From assembly GCA_034440375.1 (NCBI GenBank), contig JAWXBZ010000016.1, forward strand, positions 1 to 36,900: 36,900 nucleotides of DNA, in the 5' to 3' direction. Shown piece after piece: positions 1 to 9,644 of this stretch; position 1 is the stretch's first letter, and each line of letters opens with the position of its first letter. The position numbers and the translations under genes are program-made. This DNA comes from Candidatus Eiseniibacteriota bacterium (GTDB taxonomy: Bacteria; Eisenbacteria; RBG-16-71-46; JABDJR01; JAWXBZ01). The notes beneath the pieces were generated by a model that saw nothing but the letters and a program-made list of their open reading frames with translations, had not been told where the DNA came from and ran no database searches.

Positions 1-275
1 ATCAGGTGCCGTTCAACCAGAAACGTCCGGTCCATCTCCGCGATATCGTTCATCGGAAAGAATCCGGCCTCGGTGAGCGGGCTCGCGCCGCGCGCGGCGG
101 CGATGACGCTTTGAATGACACCGTTCAACTGTTCCTTGCGGGCGCGGGCCGGAAACGGAATCGGCGCCAGATTTCGGGCCAGCCGAAGGCGGGAGGAAAG
201 GACAATTCCGGCATGCGGACCCTTCCCGTCAAGCCAGGCCGACGGTGTCTGGATCATGGTCGATAGGGTGACCAT
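1..275 (-). CDS. mcsB: Protein arginine kinase McsB, 5' part (runs off the window edge; absent from the ORF track)
   Basis: Hand translation from ATG 275 (TGATG overlap with the mcsA stop): MVTLSTMIQTPSAWLDGKGPHAGIVLSSRLRLARNLAPIPFP...FLVERHL. SSRxRLARNL and LVERHL are ATP:guanido phosphotransferase/McsB motifs, and the gene follows mcsA. Confidence 0.93.
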   Translation of the reverse strand, partial: MVTLSTMIQTPSAWLDGKGPHAGIVLSSRLRLARNLAPIPFPARARKEQLNGVIQSVIAAARGASPLTEAGFFPMNDIAEMDRTFLVERHL

Positions 276-814
276 CACGACTCCTCGCCGGCACTTTCGG
301 CCGGCTCACGGCCGGCGTCAAGTTCCACGCGAAGCCGACGAATCCGATCGCGCAGTTCGGCCGCCCGTTCGAAGTTTTCACGATGGATGGCCGCTTCCAG
401 CTCGTTCTGGAGGGCTCGCACCTGTTCCCGCCGCTGATCGGCATCGACCGATCGCTCCGGCGCACGGCCAACGTGACTCAGGTTGCCATGAATACGGCGC
501 AAGAGCGGCTGAAGCGGCTCGGCGAAGCTGTCGTAGCAGCCGGAACAGCCAAGCCGGCCGGTTTCACGAAAAGTGGAATAGAGCAGACCACAGGAGGTGC
601 ACTCGATGCGGCCGATCTTCGACCCGAGGGCGGTATCGCCGATCAGGGCGATCACCGGCTCCTGAATCGAGAATTTGGTCGAATCGTTCGAGACGGCCAC
701 GATCCCCTTCTCGACGGCGCATTCCTGGCAGACGTGCAACTCCCGCGGCTGGTTGTTCTCCCAGGCCGTGTAATGGACCCTTGCCTCGTTCTTGCCGCAG
801 TTTTCGCAGATCAT
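275..814 (-). CDS. mcsA: McsA, protein-arginine kinase activator (CXXC motifs plus UvrB/C coiled coil)
   Basis: CENC, CQEC, CTSC and GRLGCSGCY motifs; C-terminal ENFERAAELRD. Confidence 0.93.
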   Translation of the reverse strand: MICENCGKNEARVHYTAWENNQPRELHVCQECAVEKGIVAVSNDSTKFSIQEPVIALIGDTALGSKIGRIECTSCGLLYSTFRETGRLGCSGCYDSFAEPLQPLLRRIHGNLSHVGRAPERSVDADQRREQVRALQNELEAAIHRENFERAAELRDRIRRLRVELDAGREPAESAGEES

Positions 815-1512
815 GTCAGGGCTTTCGTTGCCTCACTCAAATGACCATCGTCGAGCACCATCACCCGATCGGAACGGGCGGCCAACCGCTCATCGTGCGT
901 GACGATGACAAAAGTCTCTCCCTGGTCGCGAGCCAGTGCAAAAATCAGGTCCTGAAGCGAACCGCTGGCGATCTTGTCGAGATTTCCGGACGGCTCGTCA
1001 GCCAGGACCAGCACGGGGCGGTTGATCAGGGCCCGTGCCACCGCCACCCGCTGCTGCTCGCCACCGGAGAGCTGACCTGGCCGGTGTTCGAGCCTCTCCA
1101 GCAGGCCCACCCGCCCGAGCAGAGCCCTGGCTTCCCGGCTCACGTCCTCCTTCGGCCGGCGGGCAATCAATCCCGGCATCATGACGTTCTCCAGTGCCGA
1201 AAATTCCGGCATCAGATGATGGAACTGAAATATGAATCCGATCGATCGATTTCGGAATCGAGCCAGACGGTTGTCATCCCACCGGAAAATGTCCTCGCCG
1301 CTGAAGAGCACGCGGCCCCGCGTCGGACGGTCGAGCGTCCCCATGACATGCAGGAGGGTGCTCTTGCCAGCGCCCGAAGCGCCCATGACGGCGGTCACAC
1401 AGCCCGGCTCCGGGGCGAATCGAATTCCCTTCAGAACCTCGAGTTCGCCGCCCGGGGAGTCAAAGGACTTCCACAGATCCTCGGCCTCCAGGGTGGCATG
1501 ATCCATCCGCAT
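811..1512 (-). CDS. lolD: Lipoprotein-releasing ABC ATPase
   Basis: [38 protein letters not shown]; adjacent to lolC/E. Confidence 0.9.
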   Translation of the reverse strand: MRMDHATLEAEDLWKSFDSPGGELEVLKGIRFAPEPGCVTAVMGASGAGKSTLLHVMGTLDRPTRGRVLFSGEDIFRWDDNRLARFRNRSIGFIFQFHHLMPEFSALENVMMPGLIARRPKEDVSREARALLGRVGLLERLEHRPGQLSGGEQQRVAVARALINRPVLVLADEPSGNLDKIASGSLQDLIFALARDQGETFVIVTHDERLAARSDRVMVLDDGHLSEATKALT

Positions 1513-1527
1513 GCCTCAGCCTATTGA

Positions 1528-1555
1528 ATTATCGGCAGGAAGTCAAAACAGTCAA
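1528..1555 (-). promoter_or_regulatory. Putative sigma70-type internal promoter upstream of lolD-mcsA-mcsB
   Basis: Minus strand TTGACT-N16-GATAAT in the AT-rich gap between lolC/E and lolD; TTGACT occurs twice with a 9-bp period. Confidence 0.45.
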
Positions 1556-1600
1556 GGAGTGGAAGTCTTTGATTCAGTTGGAGTTGAGCACCCGGGGCCA

Positions 1601-2854
1601 TCAATCGTTCCGAATGGCTTCGACTGGATCCAGACGGGCCGCCTTCCATGACGGATAGATCGTGGCAAGGAAACAGAGAGCGAGGGTCAGGAGGGTGATC
1701 GCCACACCGTCGGGCCAGTGGATTTTCATCGGCAGTGTCTCGAGAAAGTAGATGTCGCCGGGCAGCGAAATGAGGTGATAGCGATCGAGAAAAAAAGCCA
1801 GCGCGTACCCGAGCACGCTACCGGCCAGTGTTCCCGCCCCGCCAATGACCAGCCCCTCGGCCATGAAGATGAGCATGATCTCCGCCCTGGTCGCACCCAT
1901 CGACTTCAGGATGCCAATCTCCCGGCGCTTCTCCAGAACGAGCATGATCTGCGCGCTGACGATGTTGAACGCCGCCACGATGACGATCGTGAAGAGAAGA
2001 ATGGCCATGCCGAGCTTTTCCCACTTCATCCAGGCAAAGAGATTCTGGTTGAGCTCGATCCAGGTGTTGATCCGATATGGATAGCCCCCGAGCCGTTCCA
2101 GCACCTTTTCTTCGTAGCTGGCCGCCGCGTACATATCCTCGATCTTGAGCTCGATGCCGGTGACCGCCTTGCCCAGGTCGTAGAAACGCTGGGCTTCCTC
2201 GAGTGACACATAAGCCAGTGACGAGTCGTATTCGTACAGCCCCGAGTTGAAGACCCCGAGCAGGCGAAACTTGCGCACCCTGGGAATGACGCCAAGCGGC
2301 GTGGCCCGCCCCTCGAACGGCGAGGCCACCAGGATGATGTCGCCAACGCCGACCCGCATGGTTTCGGCGATGTGGCGACCGAGGACGAGACCGGGTAACC
2401 AGTTGCGGGCCGAGTCGGGATCGGTGGGCCGGATCGGAAAGTCCGCCAGGGGGGGCTCGATATGATCGGCCACCGTGGTCACGTTTCGCTCGGCGGCCAG
2501 GCTGACCCCCTTGACGATGACGCCATCGGACTGGCCCCCGGCCGACAGCAACGCCTTTCCATAGACAAACGGGGCCGAGCCGATCACACCTGGAATGGAC
2601 ACGACGTCGTCCCGGACCCGCTGGTGATCCGTCATGCCCGATTCACCGTAGCTGAGCAGGATGAGATGGGCGTTGGTACCGACAATCCGGCTGCGCACCT
2701 CCTCCTCGAAGCCGTTGACCATTGACAGGACAACAACCAGGGCCACGACACCGAGTGCCACGCCGCCAATCGAAATCCAGGTGATCAGGCTGACGAAGCC
2801 CGTCCGTTTCTTGCTGCGGAGGTACCGTCCGGCGATCCAGAATTCGTAGCGCAC
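1601..2854 (-). CDS. lolE: Lipoprotein-releasing ABC permease LolC/E
   Basis: RYLRSKK...GVALGV...NGFE N-terminus; VAAFNI...EIGILKSMGA; YPSWKAARLDPVEAIR C-terminus; GTG start. Confidence 0.88.
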   Translation of the reverse strand: MRYEFWIAGRYLRSKKRTGFVSLITWISIGGVALGVVALVVVLSMVNGFEEEVRSRIVGTNAHLILLSYGESGMTDHQRVRDDVVSIPGVIGSAPFVYGKALLSAGGQSDGVIVKGVSLAAERNVTTVADHIEPPLADFPIRPTDPDSARNWLPGLVLGRHIAETMRVGVGDIILVASPFEGRATPLGVIPRVRKFRLLGVFNSGLYEYDSSLAYVSLEEAQRFYDLGKAVTGIELKIEDMYAAASYEEKVLERLGGYPYRINTWIELNQNLFAWMKWEKLGMAILLFTIVIVAAFNIVSAQIMLVLEKRREIGILKSMGATRAEIMLIFMAEGLVIGGAGTLAGSVLGYALAFFLDRYHLISLPGDIYFLETLPMKIHWPDGVAITLLTLALCFLATIYPSWKAARLDPVEAIRND

Positions 2855-2855
2855 G

Positions 2856-4373
2856 TCAGGAGTCAGCCGGCGTCCCGGTCTCGCTCTCGGTCTCGGCTGT
2901 CACCGCCTCCTCCGGCGTCTCTGGCCGGAGATGCGGGAAGAGCAGGACATCGCGGATATTGTGGCTGTCGGTGAGGAGCATGATCAGCCGATCAACGCCG
3001 AAGCCGATGCCGCCGGTGGGTGGCATGCCGTACTGGAGGGCCCGTAGGTAGTCCATGTCCTTGACCTGGGCTTCGAGATCTCCCTTGTCGCGGAACTCAG
3101 CCTGCAGGTCGAACTGGGCTTCCTGCTCCAGCGGGTCGTTCTGTTCGCTGAAGCAGTTGGCCACCTCCATGCCGGCTATGAAGAGCTCGAATCTTTCAAC
3201 AAGGCGCGGCTCGCCGCGCTTCCGCTTGGCCAGGGGGGATATCTCAAAGGGGTAGTCGAGGACAAACGTCGGCTGGATGAGCTTTGGCTGGACCAGGTCG
3301 GAAAAGAGCGTGTCAACGACCTTGCCGTACCCCTTTGCCCCGCCCATGTCGACATGGTGGGCCCGGGCCACCTCCCGCAGTTTCGCCTCGTCGGCGCCGA
3401 GCAAATCCAGGCCGGTGGCCACTTCGAGCAGGCCGAAGTAGGTGCCGGTTTTCCAGGGGCGATCAAGCTTGATCTTGTGGTCGCCGTAAGTGAAGTCGTT
3501 CTTCCCGAGGGCCTTTTCAAAGGCGTAGCCAAGCAGTTCCTCGGCCTCCTCGCGGATCACCTGGTAGTCGGCGTAGGCCTGGTAGAACTCCAAGAGGCTG
3601 AACTCGGGATTGTGCGTCCGGTCGATCCCCTCGTTGCGGAAGTCGCGGGCGATTTCGTAGACCCGCTCCAGCCCGCCGACGATCAGGCGCTTCAGGTACA
3701 ACTCATTCGAGATGCGCAGGTAGAGGGTCACGTCCAGCGCTTCGTGGTGCGTCGTGAACGGCGTGGCGAAGGCACCGCCGTAGACCGGCTGGAGCGTCGG
3801 CGTGTCGACCTCGAGAAAGCCGTGTTCGTCCAGCCACCGGCGCATGGCGCTGATGAAGCGGGCGCGCAACCGGAAGATCTCCCGGACCTCCTCGTGAACG
3901 ATCAGGTCGACGTAGCGCTGGCGAAAACGCGTTTCGATGTCTTTCAATCCATGCCACTTCTCCGGAAGCGGCCGCAGGCTCTTGGCCAGGAGATCGACCG
4001 AGCGGACATGCACCGTCGTCTCACCGGTTTTCGTCCGGAAGAGATACCCCTCCACGCCGATCATGTCCCCCACGTCCAGCAGTTCAACGCGTTGGAAGAT
4101 GTCGCCGAGATCGTCCTTCCGGAAGTAGAGCTGGATCTTCCCGGTCGCGTCGAGCAGGTGTCCAAAGCAGGTCTTGCCATGTCCTCGCTTGGCCACCAGT
4201 CGTCCGGCCACGGCCACGCCGACCGGCACCGTGGCATTCACCATCGCCTCGGCATCGGCAAGGATGTCGGCAGCCCGGTGGGTGACCGAATAGTGGTAGG
4301 CCCATGGCTCGACGCCGAGCGCCCGCCATTCGTCCACCTTTTGCCGGCGAATCCGAATCAGTTCGTTGGACAC
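2856..4373 (-). CDS. lysS: Lysyl-tRNA synthetase (class II)
   Basis: PLPEKWHGL, RFRQRYVDL, FRNEG..THNPEF, YGMPPTGGIGFGVDRL; start trimmed to GTG 4373, just after the purF stop. Confidence 0.96.
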   Translation of the reverse strand: MSNELIRIRRQKVDEWRALGVEPWAYHYSVTHRAADILADAEAMVNATVPVGVAVAGRLVAKRGHGKTCFGHLLDATGKIQLYFRKDDLGDIFQRVELLDVGDMIGVEGYLFRTKTGETTVHVRSVDLLAKSLRPLPEKWHGLKDIETRFRQRYVDLIVHEEVREIFRLRARFISAMRRWLDEHGFLEVDTPTLQPVYGGAFATPFTTHHEALDVTLYLRISNELYLKRLIVGGLERVYEIARDFRNEGIDRTHNPEFSLLEFYQAYADYQVIREEAEELLGYAFEKALGKNDFTYGDHKIKLDRPWKTGTYFGLLEVATGLDLLGADEAKLREVARAHHVDMGGAKGYGKVVDTLFSDLVQPKLIQPTFVLDYPFEISPLAKRKRGEPRLVERFELFIAGMEVANCFSEQNDPLEQEAQFDLQAEFRDKGDLEAQVKDMDYLRALQYGMPPTGGIGFGVDRLIMLLTDSHNIRDVLLFPHLRPETPEEAVTAETESETGTPADS

Positions 4374-4380
4374 GGCGAAG

Positions 4381-5802
4381 TCAGCCCGCCACCGGTTCCA
4401 TGGCGCGATCCGTGGGCAGGCCGCTGAGTGGGACCGGGTAGTTCTCATCGAAGCAGGCGGTGCAGTGTCCGGCCGCGTTTCGTACCGCGGCCAGCATGCC
4501 GGCCTGCGAGAGGTAGCCGATCGAATCGACGCGAAGGTAGGTGCCGATTTCTTCGATGGTGTGGTTGGCGCCGATCAACTCCGAACGTCGCGGGGTATCA
4601 ATTCCGAAAAAGCAGGGGGAAATGATCGGCGGCGAGGAGATCCGGAAGTGAATTTCCGCAGCTCCAGCCCGGCGGATCATCTTGACCAGTTTCCGGCTGG
4701 TCGTGCCGCGGACAATTGAGTCGTCGACCACCACCACCCGCTTTCCATCAAGAACTGCCCGGACCGGATTGAACTTGACGCGCACGCCGTGATCACGCGT
4801 GAACTGGCGGGGGCTGATGAACGTGCGCCCGATGTAGTGATTGCGGATGAGGCCGAATTCGAACGGGAGCCGGGAATACTCCGCATATCCCAGGGCCGCA
4901 GCGTTGCTCGAGTCCGGTACCGCTATCACCAGGTCCGCGTCGGCCGGATGTTCCTCGGCCAGCTGTCGCCCCAGCAGGCGCCGCACACGATCGACGTTCT
5001 CGCCGAACACGATCGAATCGGGGCGCGCGAAGTAGACCAGTTCGAAGATGCAGGCTGCCGTCCGCGGCGAGGCCAGTTTCAGGATGGTGGTCGGACCGGA
5101 TTCGTCGAGGCGAACCACCTCACCCGGTTCGACATCCCGCAGGTACTCGGCCTCGTTGATATCCAACGCGCACGTTTCAGAGGCGACGACCCAGCCATCC
5201 TTCAATCGGCCGATGGAGAGGGGGCGAAATCCGAGCGGGTCGCGCACCGCATAAATGGCCGAATCGGTCATCAAAAGCAGGCTGAAAGCCCCGGACAACC
5301 GCGACAGGGCCGATCCCAGTGCCCCTTCAAACGTGCGCGATTCCGAGCGGGCGATCAGGTGCAACACGATCTCCGAGTCGGAGGTCGTCTGAAAGATGTG
5401 GCCGGCGGCCTCCATCTCCTTCTTGAGTTCGAGGGCATTGACGATGTTTCCATTGTGCGCCACGGCCAGGTGGCCGCCGTGATAGGTGACCAGGACGGGC
5501 TGGGCATTTCGAAGGGTCGACTCGCCTGCGGTGGAGTACCGGTTGTGGCCGATGGCCATTCGCCCCTTCAGGGAATCGAGCCGGGCGTTGTCAAAGACGT
5601 CGGCCACCAGGCCCATCGCCTTGTGCAGGTGAATCTCGCCGTTGTCCGAGGAGACGATGCCGCTCGATTCCTGCCCCCGATGCTGCAGCGAATAGAGTCC
5701 GAGATAGGCGGCGTGAGCCGCAGCATCGACACCAACGGCACCGAATACGCCGCAGGCATCGTGAAAGCGATCGTTGTCCCGGGCTTCGAGGGTCAATGAC
5801 AC
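4381..5802 (-). CDS. purF: Amidophosphoribosyltransferase (propeptide, Fe-S type)
   Basis: CGVFG nucleophile after a short propeptide, LQHRGQE, GHNRYST, VDDSIVRGTT, Fe-S cysteines (CIFE, PCFFG, CTAC); start placed at GTG 5802 behind AAGGA. Confidence 0.95.
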   Translation of the reverse strand: MSLTLEARDNDRFHDACGVFGAVGVDAAAHAAYLGLYSLQHRGQESSGIVSSDNGEIHLHKAMGLVADVFDNARLDSLKGRMAIGHNRYSTAGESTLRNAQPVLVTYHGGHLAVAHNGNIVNALELKKEMEAAGHIFQTTSDSEIVLHLIARSESRTFEGALGSALSRLSGAFSLLLMTDSAIYAVRDPLGFRPLSIGRLKDGWVVASETCALDINEAEYLRDVEPGEVVRLDESGPTTILKLASPRTAACIFELVYFARPDSIVFGENVDRVRRLLGRQLAEEHPADADLVIAVPDSSNAAALGYAEYSRLPFEFGLIRNHYIGRTFISPRQFTRDHGVRVKFNPVRAVLDGKRVVVVDDSIVRGTTSRKLVKMIRRAGAAEIHFRISSPPIISPCFFGIDTPRRSELIGANHTIEEIGTYLRVDSIGYLSQAGMLAAVRNAAGHCTACFDENYPVPLSGLPTDRAMEPVAG

Positions 5803-5842
5803 GTGGCAAAAGTCCTTTCGTCCTGCGATGACGGCAACGGGC

Positions 5843-6430
5843 TCATTCGCGGCGGCCGGCCGCGAGGCCGGCGCCGAGAAACGCCTCGCGCACATCGTAA
5901 ACGCTTGGACGTTCGGCGTACAGTCGCCCCTCCTGCCAGGCGGAGTGAACGAGGAAACCACGGTGCGTGCCATCGCCGATCGCGGCATCGCGGGCCGCCT
6001 TCAGCAGCGCTGGCGGATCGATGCCCGGGGCCGGGGTGAACTTCCAGAGCCACCCCCTGCGGATGGAATCTACGGCGGGCAGCCCGACATGGCGGTGCAC
6101 CGAAGCCTCGAGCGTTTCCCCATCCCCGCTCGACCAGACGAGCAGCCAGGCCAGAGACTCGGATGGCACGGCCGCCTGCGCCGCCTCCCCCGTCGTGATG
6201 CGGTGGGCGTGCTTGTTCGGATTCATAAAGAGATTGGTCTGCCGGGCCAGCTGCTCGACCAGATCACGGGCATTCGGCGTGGAGGGTTCCATCGAGAAAA
6301 GGAAGACTTCCTCGCGGGAGAGGCCCCGGATCCGATCGCCGAAACCCATTCGGTCCCTGAGCGTGGACAACGCCGTGAGCGCCGTCGGGTCCGATACCGT
6401 GAGACGGGTCGTCAGGAGCACGTCGATCAT
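5843..6430 (-). CDS. Tandem (two-domain) PurS-like FGAM synthase subunit
   Basis: ATGA-coupled to purQ; first half has PurS-like DP...AL..LG and NP motifs (SDPTALTALSTLRDRMGF; LFMNPN); second half has a similar pattern; about twice normal PurS length. Confidence 0.6.
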   Translation of the reverse strand: MIDVLLTTRLTVSDPTALTALSTLRDRMGFGDRIRGLSREEVFLFSMEPSTPNARDLVEQLARQTNLFMNPNKHAHRITTGEAAQAAVPSESLAWLLVWSSGDGETLEASVHRHVGLPAVDSIRRGWLWKFTPAPGIDPPALLKAARDAAIGDGTHRGFLVHSAWQEGRLYAERPSVYDVREAFLGAGLAAGRRE

Positions 6431-7296
6431 CGGGTCGTCCCGGAGGGGGCCGGGCTGGATTCCCGTTCACGGCGCCACCGGATGTAGTCGTGCATCGACA
6501 GGAAGAGACGTCGACCCGGTCCGGCGCCATCGAGCTCGACCCGGTTGCGTGAGGCGGCCTGACGGCGTTCGCCCCACTCCCCCGCCAGGTTCAGTGGTAC
6601 CTGGCGAAGCCAGGCCGCCCGCTCGGGGTGCGGCATGATGGCCATGACGTTTCCGGCCTCGTTGGTCAGGGCCGCGGCGTCGGCGGCGGCACCGTTCGGA
6701 TTGTCGGGAAATTCCGCGGCCGGTCCCCCGTCGGCGGCGCAATACGTCAGGGGCACCTGCCCGGTGTCAACGAAGCCTTCGAAAATCGCCTCATCACGCG
6801 CGGTGAATCGCCCCTCGCCATGGGCCACTGGCATCGGAACAACCGCACCTTCTTCAAACCGCGAGGTGAAGGCCGTCTCGCGCTTCGCCTTGTTGACCTT
6901 GAGATAAACCCACCGACAGTAGTAACCGCCGCGCCCGGGCATCCGGTTCGGGGCCAGTGCCACGATCGGTCCATCATCGTCCGGCCCGGGTACGAGTCCG
7001 GCCTCAACCAGCACCTGGGCGCCGTTGCAGATACCGAGGATCGGCTTGCCCTGGCTGGCTTCGAGCTTCAGCGCCTCAACAATTGGATCCCGGGCCGCCA
7101 CGGCGCCCGCCCGCACCCGGTCCTGGTAGGAAAACCCACCCGGCAGGACGAACCCCTCGAAATTGGGCAGCCGACGCGGGTCTTCGTTCCAGCGAACCAG
7201 CGTGGCGAGGAACCCGCACTCGACGAGCAGGCGGAGCGTCTCGTACTCGCAGTTGACGCCAGGAAACTGGATGACGGCGATGCGCGGCGTATCCAT
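6427..7296 (-). CDS. purQ: FGAM synthase glutaminase subunit
   Basis: FPGVNC, LPGGFSYQD, GICNG, AHGEG, MPHPER. Confidence 0.95.
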   Translation of the reverse strand: MDTPRIAVIQFPGVNCEYETLRLLVECGFLATLVRWNEDPRRLPNFEGFVLPGGFSYQDRVRAGAVAARDPIVEALKLEASQGKPILGICNGAQVLVEAGLVPGPDDDGPIVALAPNRMPGRGGYYCRWVYLKVNKAKRETAFTSRFEEGAVVPMPVAHGEGRFTARDEAIFEGFVDTGQVPLTYCAADGGPAAEFPDNPNGAAADAAALTNEAGNVMAIMPHPERAAWLRQVPLNLAGEWGERRQAASRNRVELDGAGPGRRLFLSMHDYIRWRRERESSPAPSGTTR

Positions 7297-9644
7297 CAGC
7301 CCATCAACTCCGGAATCGTGCGCCGGAAGGCGGCGGTCAGTTCCTCCATGGCGATCATCGCCCGCCGCTCACCCCCGGCGACGATGTCGATCGTGCGGTC
7401 ATCATGAAGAACTCCGACCACCATCGGCGCGACGTCCTGGCGTTCGAACAGGCTTTGCACCAACGTGAACTGGTCCTCCACAACTTCCATCAGGAATCCA
7501 CCTGATTCCGACAGGAGAGCCTCCATCCATGGGAGGCCGAACATCGTCGTCGGCAGATCGAGTCGGACCCCGAGTTCGCTGTCGACCAGCATCTCGAACA
7601 GGGTGATGATGAGTCCGCCGTCCGAGATGTCGTGACATGACAATACGAGTCCGCGATCGATCGCGTCGATGACGCCGTACAGGACACTGCATTCATGATC
7701 GAAGTCGACGGTGGGGGGTTGTCCTCCGGACACGCCGAGCAGATCGGCCGCGATCGAGCCGCCATGTTCCGCCCGTCGCGCACCAACCAGAACGAGGAGC
7801 GAACGGGCCCGGCGGGCGGTCTGCCCGACGGCCCGGCTGTAGTCTTCGAGAATGCCGAAGCAGGCCACGATGGGTGACGGTGGGATGGCCCGGCCGGTCG
7901 CGGAAAAGTTATAGAGCGAGACGTTGCCCGACACGAACGGAACCGGGGCGCCCGGCTCCCCCTTCAATCCCAGGCGGCGCGCGGCATCGCCGAGCCCGCG
8001 GACCGACTCACGAAACTCATGGAAAACCTCGGGATCCTCGGGATTGCCGAAGTTCAGGCAGTCGGTGAGGCACGCAGGCGTGGCCCCGATGGCCGCCACG
8101 TTTCTCATCGCCTCGGCCACGGCGGTCAGCCCACCGCGGTACGGATCGAGCCGACCGTAGCGCGGGTTGCCATCGACCGACACGGCCACCCCGATCGGTG
8201 AACCGGGGATGGGGAGGAAAAGTGCCGCATCGGCCTCGCCGGGTCGGAATATGGCGCGAGCCTGCACCTCGGTGTCGTAGTGGCGGTAGATATACTCGCG
8301 AGAGGCCACGTTGGGGTGAGCCACCATCCGCAGGACCAGTTCGGCGAAATCGGCTATTGGCGGGAGACTGGCCGGCTGTCCTGCGGGTGGCACCGGTCGG
8401 GACGGACGGTCATAGCGAATCCCCTCCGTGATGACCGTGACCGGCGCGTCGACGACGACGACGCCGCGATAGGTGACCCGGTATCGACCATCGTTTCGAA
8501 CGTTTCCGATGACCCGGGCGCCGGCGCCCGGGTAGACCCGGGGCAATTCAAAATCCTCGTTGTAAATCCGGAGAACGGCTGCCGACAAGCGGGAGGGGAC
8601 GACAAGGCAGAAGCGCTCCTGTGTTTCGCTGCAGGCTACAACCTCTGCCGGGAACGGACCGCCGTCCTGAACCTCCCGATCAAGGTCGATATCCATTCCG
8701 AATCCGCCATGGGCTGCCAGTTCACTGGTCACGCAGGCGATGCCGCCGGCACCCAGGTCCTTGAATCCGATGGCCGCCTTCTCACTCCGGCAAAAGGCCA
8801 GTGCCTGGCGGGTGGCCTCGACGATGACTCGCTTCAGAAATGGATCGGGGAGTTGCACGGCTCCCTTGTTAAGCTCCAGGTCCGCCTCCGACAGCACCGC
8901 CGAGGAAAACGAGGCACCCCCGAAGCCGGACGCATCGGTCGGCTTGCCCAGCAGGATGACATCATACGGTTCGTCGGCGGCCACCTTCGGGACTCGGCTG
9001 CGCACGATGTCCTTTTCGCGCACCACCCCGACGGCTACGACATTGACCAGGCAGTTGTCGTCGTAACCGGAATCAAACCAGACATCGCCGCCGAGATTGG
9101 GGACGCCAAGGGCATTGGCGTATTGCCAGATGCCGGTAACCACCCCCTCGGCCACCTCGCGGCAGCGCTCCGCCGATTCGCCGGTCAGATCGCCGAAACG
9201 GAGCGCGTCCAGAACGCCCACGACGTCGGCCCCCATGCAGTAAACGTCGCGGACGATGCCGCCGACGCCCGTGGCCGCACCCTCCGCCGGGACCACCTGG
9301 CTCGGGTGGTTGTGGCTCTCGTGGGCCACGACCAGCCCCCAGCGCTCCCCCTTGTGACTGGTCAGGTAGATGATGCCGGCATCCTCGCCGGGCCCCAGCA
9401 GCACATTGGGAGCTTCGGTTGGCAGGAATTCCTTCAAAACCGACCGGCTCGATTTGTACGAGCAGTGCTCGCTCCACATCGTGTCAAAGAGAACGAGTTC
9501 GACCAGGGTGGGCGGACGGCCGAGGAGCGCGGCCACCCGCCGGGCTTCGTCCAGGTTAAGTCGAACCCGGGCTTCCGTCAGTCGATCGGCCAGGTCCCGA
9601 TCGACCGGCAGGACGGACACCGTCTTGTCCGATTCAGGCATCAT
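7296..9644 (-). CDS. purL: FGAM synthase synthetase subunit (small PurL)
   Basis: MWSEHCSYKSS, ESHNHPS, GAATGVGGIVRD, DLGAGG, LNFGNP, SGNVSLYN, HDISDGG; start at ATG 9644 or 9641, overlapping the purB end. Confidence 0.95.
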   Translation of the reverse strand: MMPESDKTVSVLPVDRDLADRLTEARVRLNLDEARRVAALLGRPPTLVELVLFDTMWSEHCSYKSSRSVLKEFLPTEAPNVLLGPGEDAGIIYLTSHKGERWGLVVAHESHNHPSQVVPAEGAATGVGGIVRDVYCMGADVVGVLDALRFGDLTGESAERCREVAEGVVTGIWQYANALGVPNLGGDVWFDSGYDDNCLVNVVAVGVVREKDIVRSRVPKVAADEPYDVILLGKPTDASGFGGASFSSAVLSEADLELNKGAVQLPDPFLKRVIVEATRQALAFCRSEKAAIGFKDLGAGGIACVTSELAAHGGFGMDIDLDREVQDGGPFPAEVVACSETQERFCLVVPSRLSAAVLRIYNEDFELPRVYPGAGARVIGNVRNDGRYRVTYRGVVVVDAPVTVITEGIRYDRPSRPVPPAGQPASLPPIADFAELVLRMVAHPNVASREYIYRHYDTEVQARAIFRPGEADAALFLPIPGSPIGVAVSVDGNPRYGRLDPYRGGLTAVAEAMRNVAAIGATPACLTDCLNFGNPEDPEVFHEFRESVRGLGDAARRLGLKGEPGAPVPFVSGNVSLYNFSATGRAIPPSPIVACFGILEDYSRAVGQTARRARSLLVLVGARRAEHGGSIAADLLGVSGGQPPTVDFDHECSVLYGVIDAIDRGLVLSCHDISDGGLIITLFEMLVDSELGVRLDLPTTMFGLPWMEALLSESGGFLMEVVEDQFTLVQSLFERQDVAPMVVGVLHDDRTIDIVAGGERRAMIAMEELTAAFRRTIPELMG

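Noticed and set aside
1530-1537. Second GCCGATAA (sigma28 -10-like) upstream of lolD
   Set aside because: No TAAA/TCAAG at the proper distance; better explained as part of a sigma70 TTGACT-N16-GATAAT.
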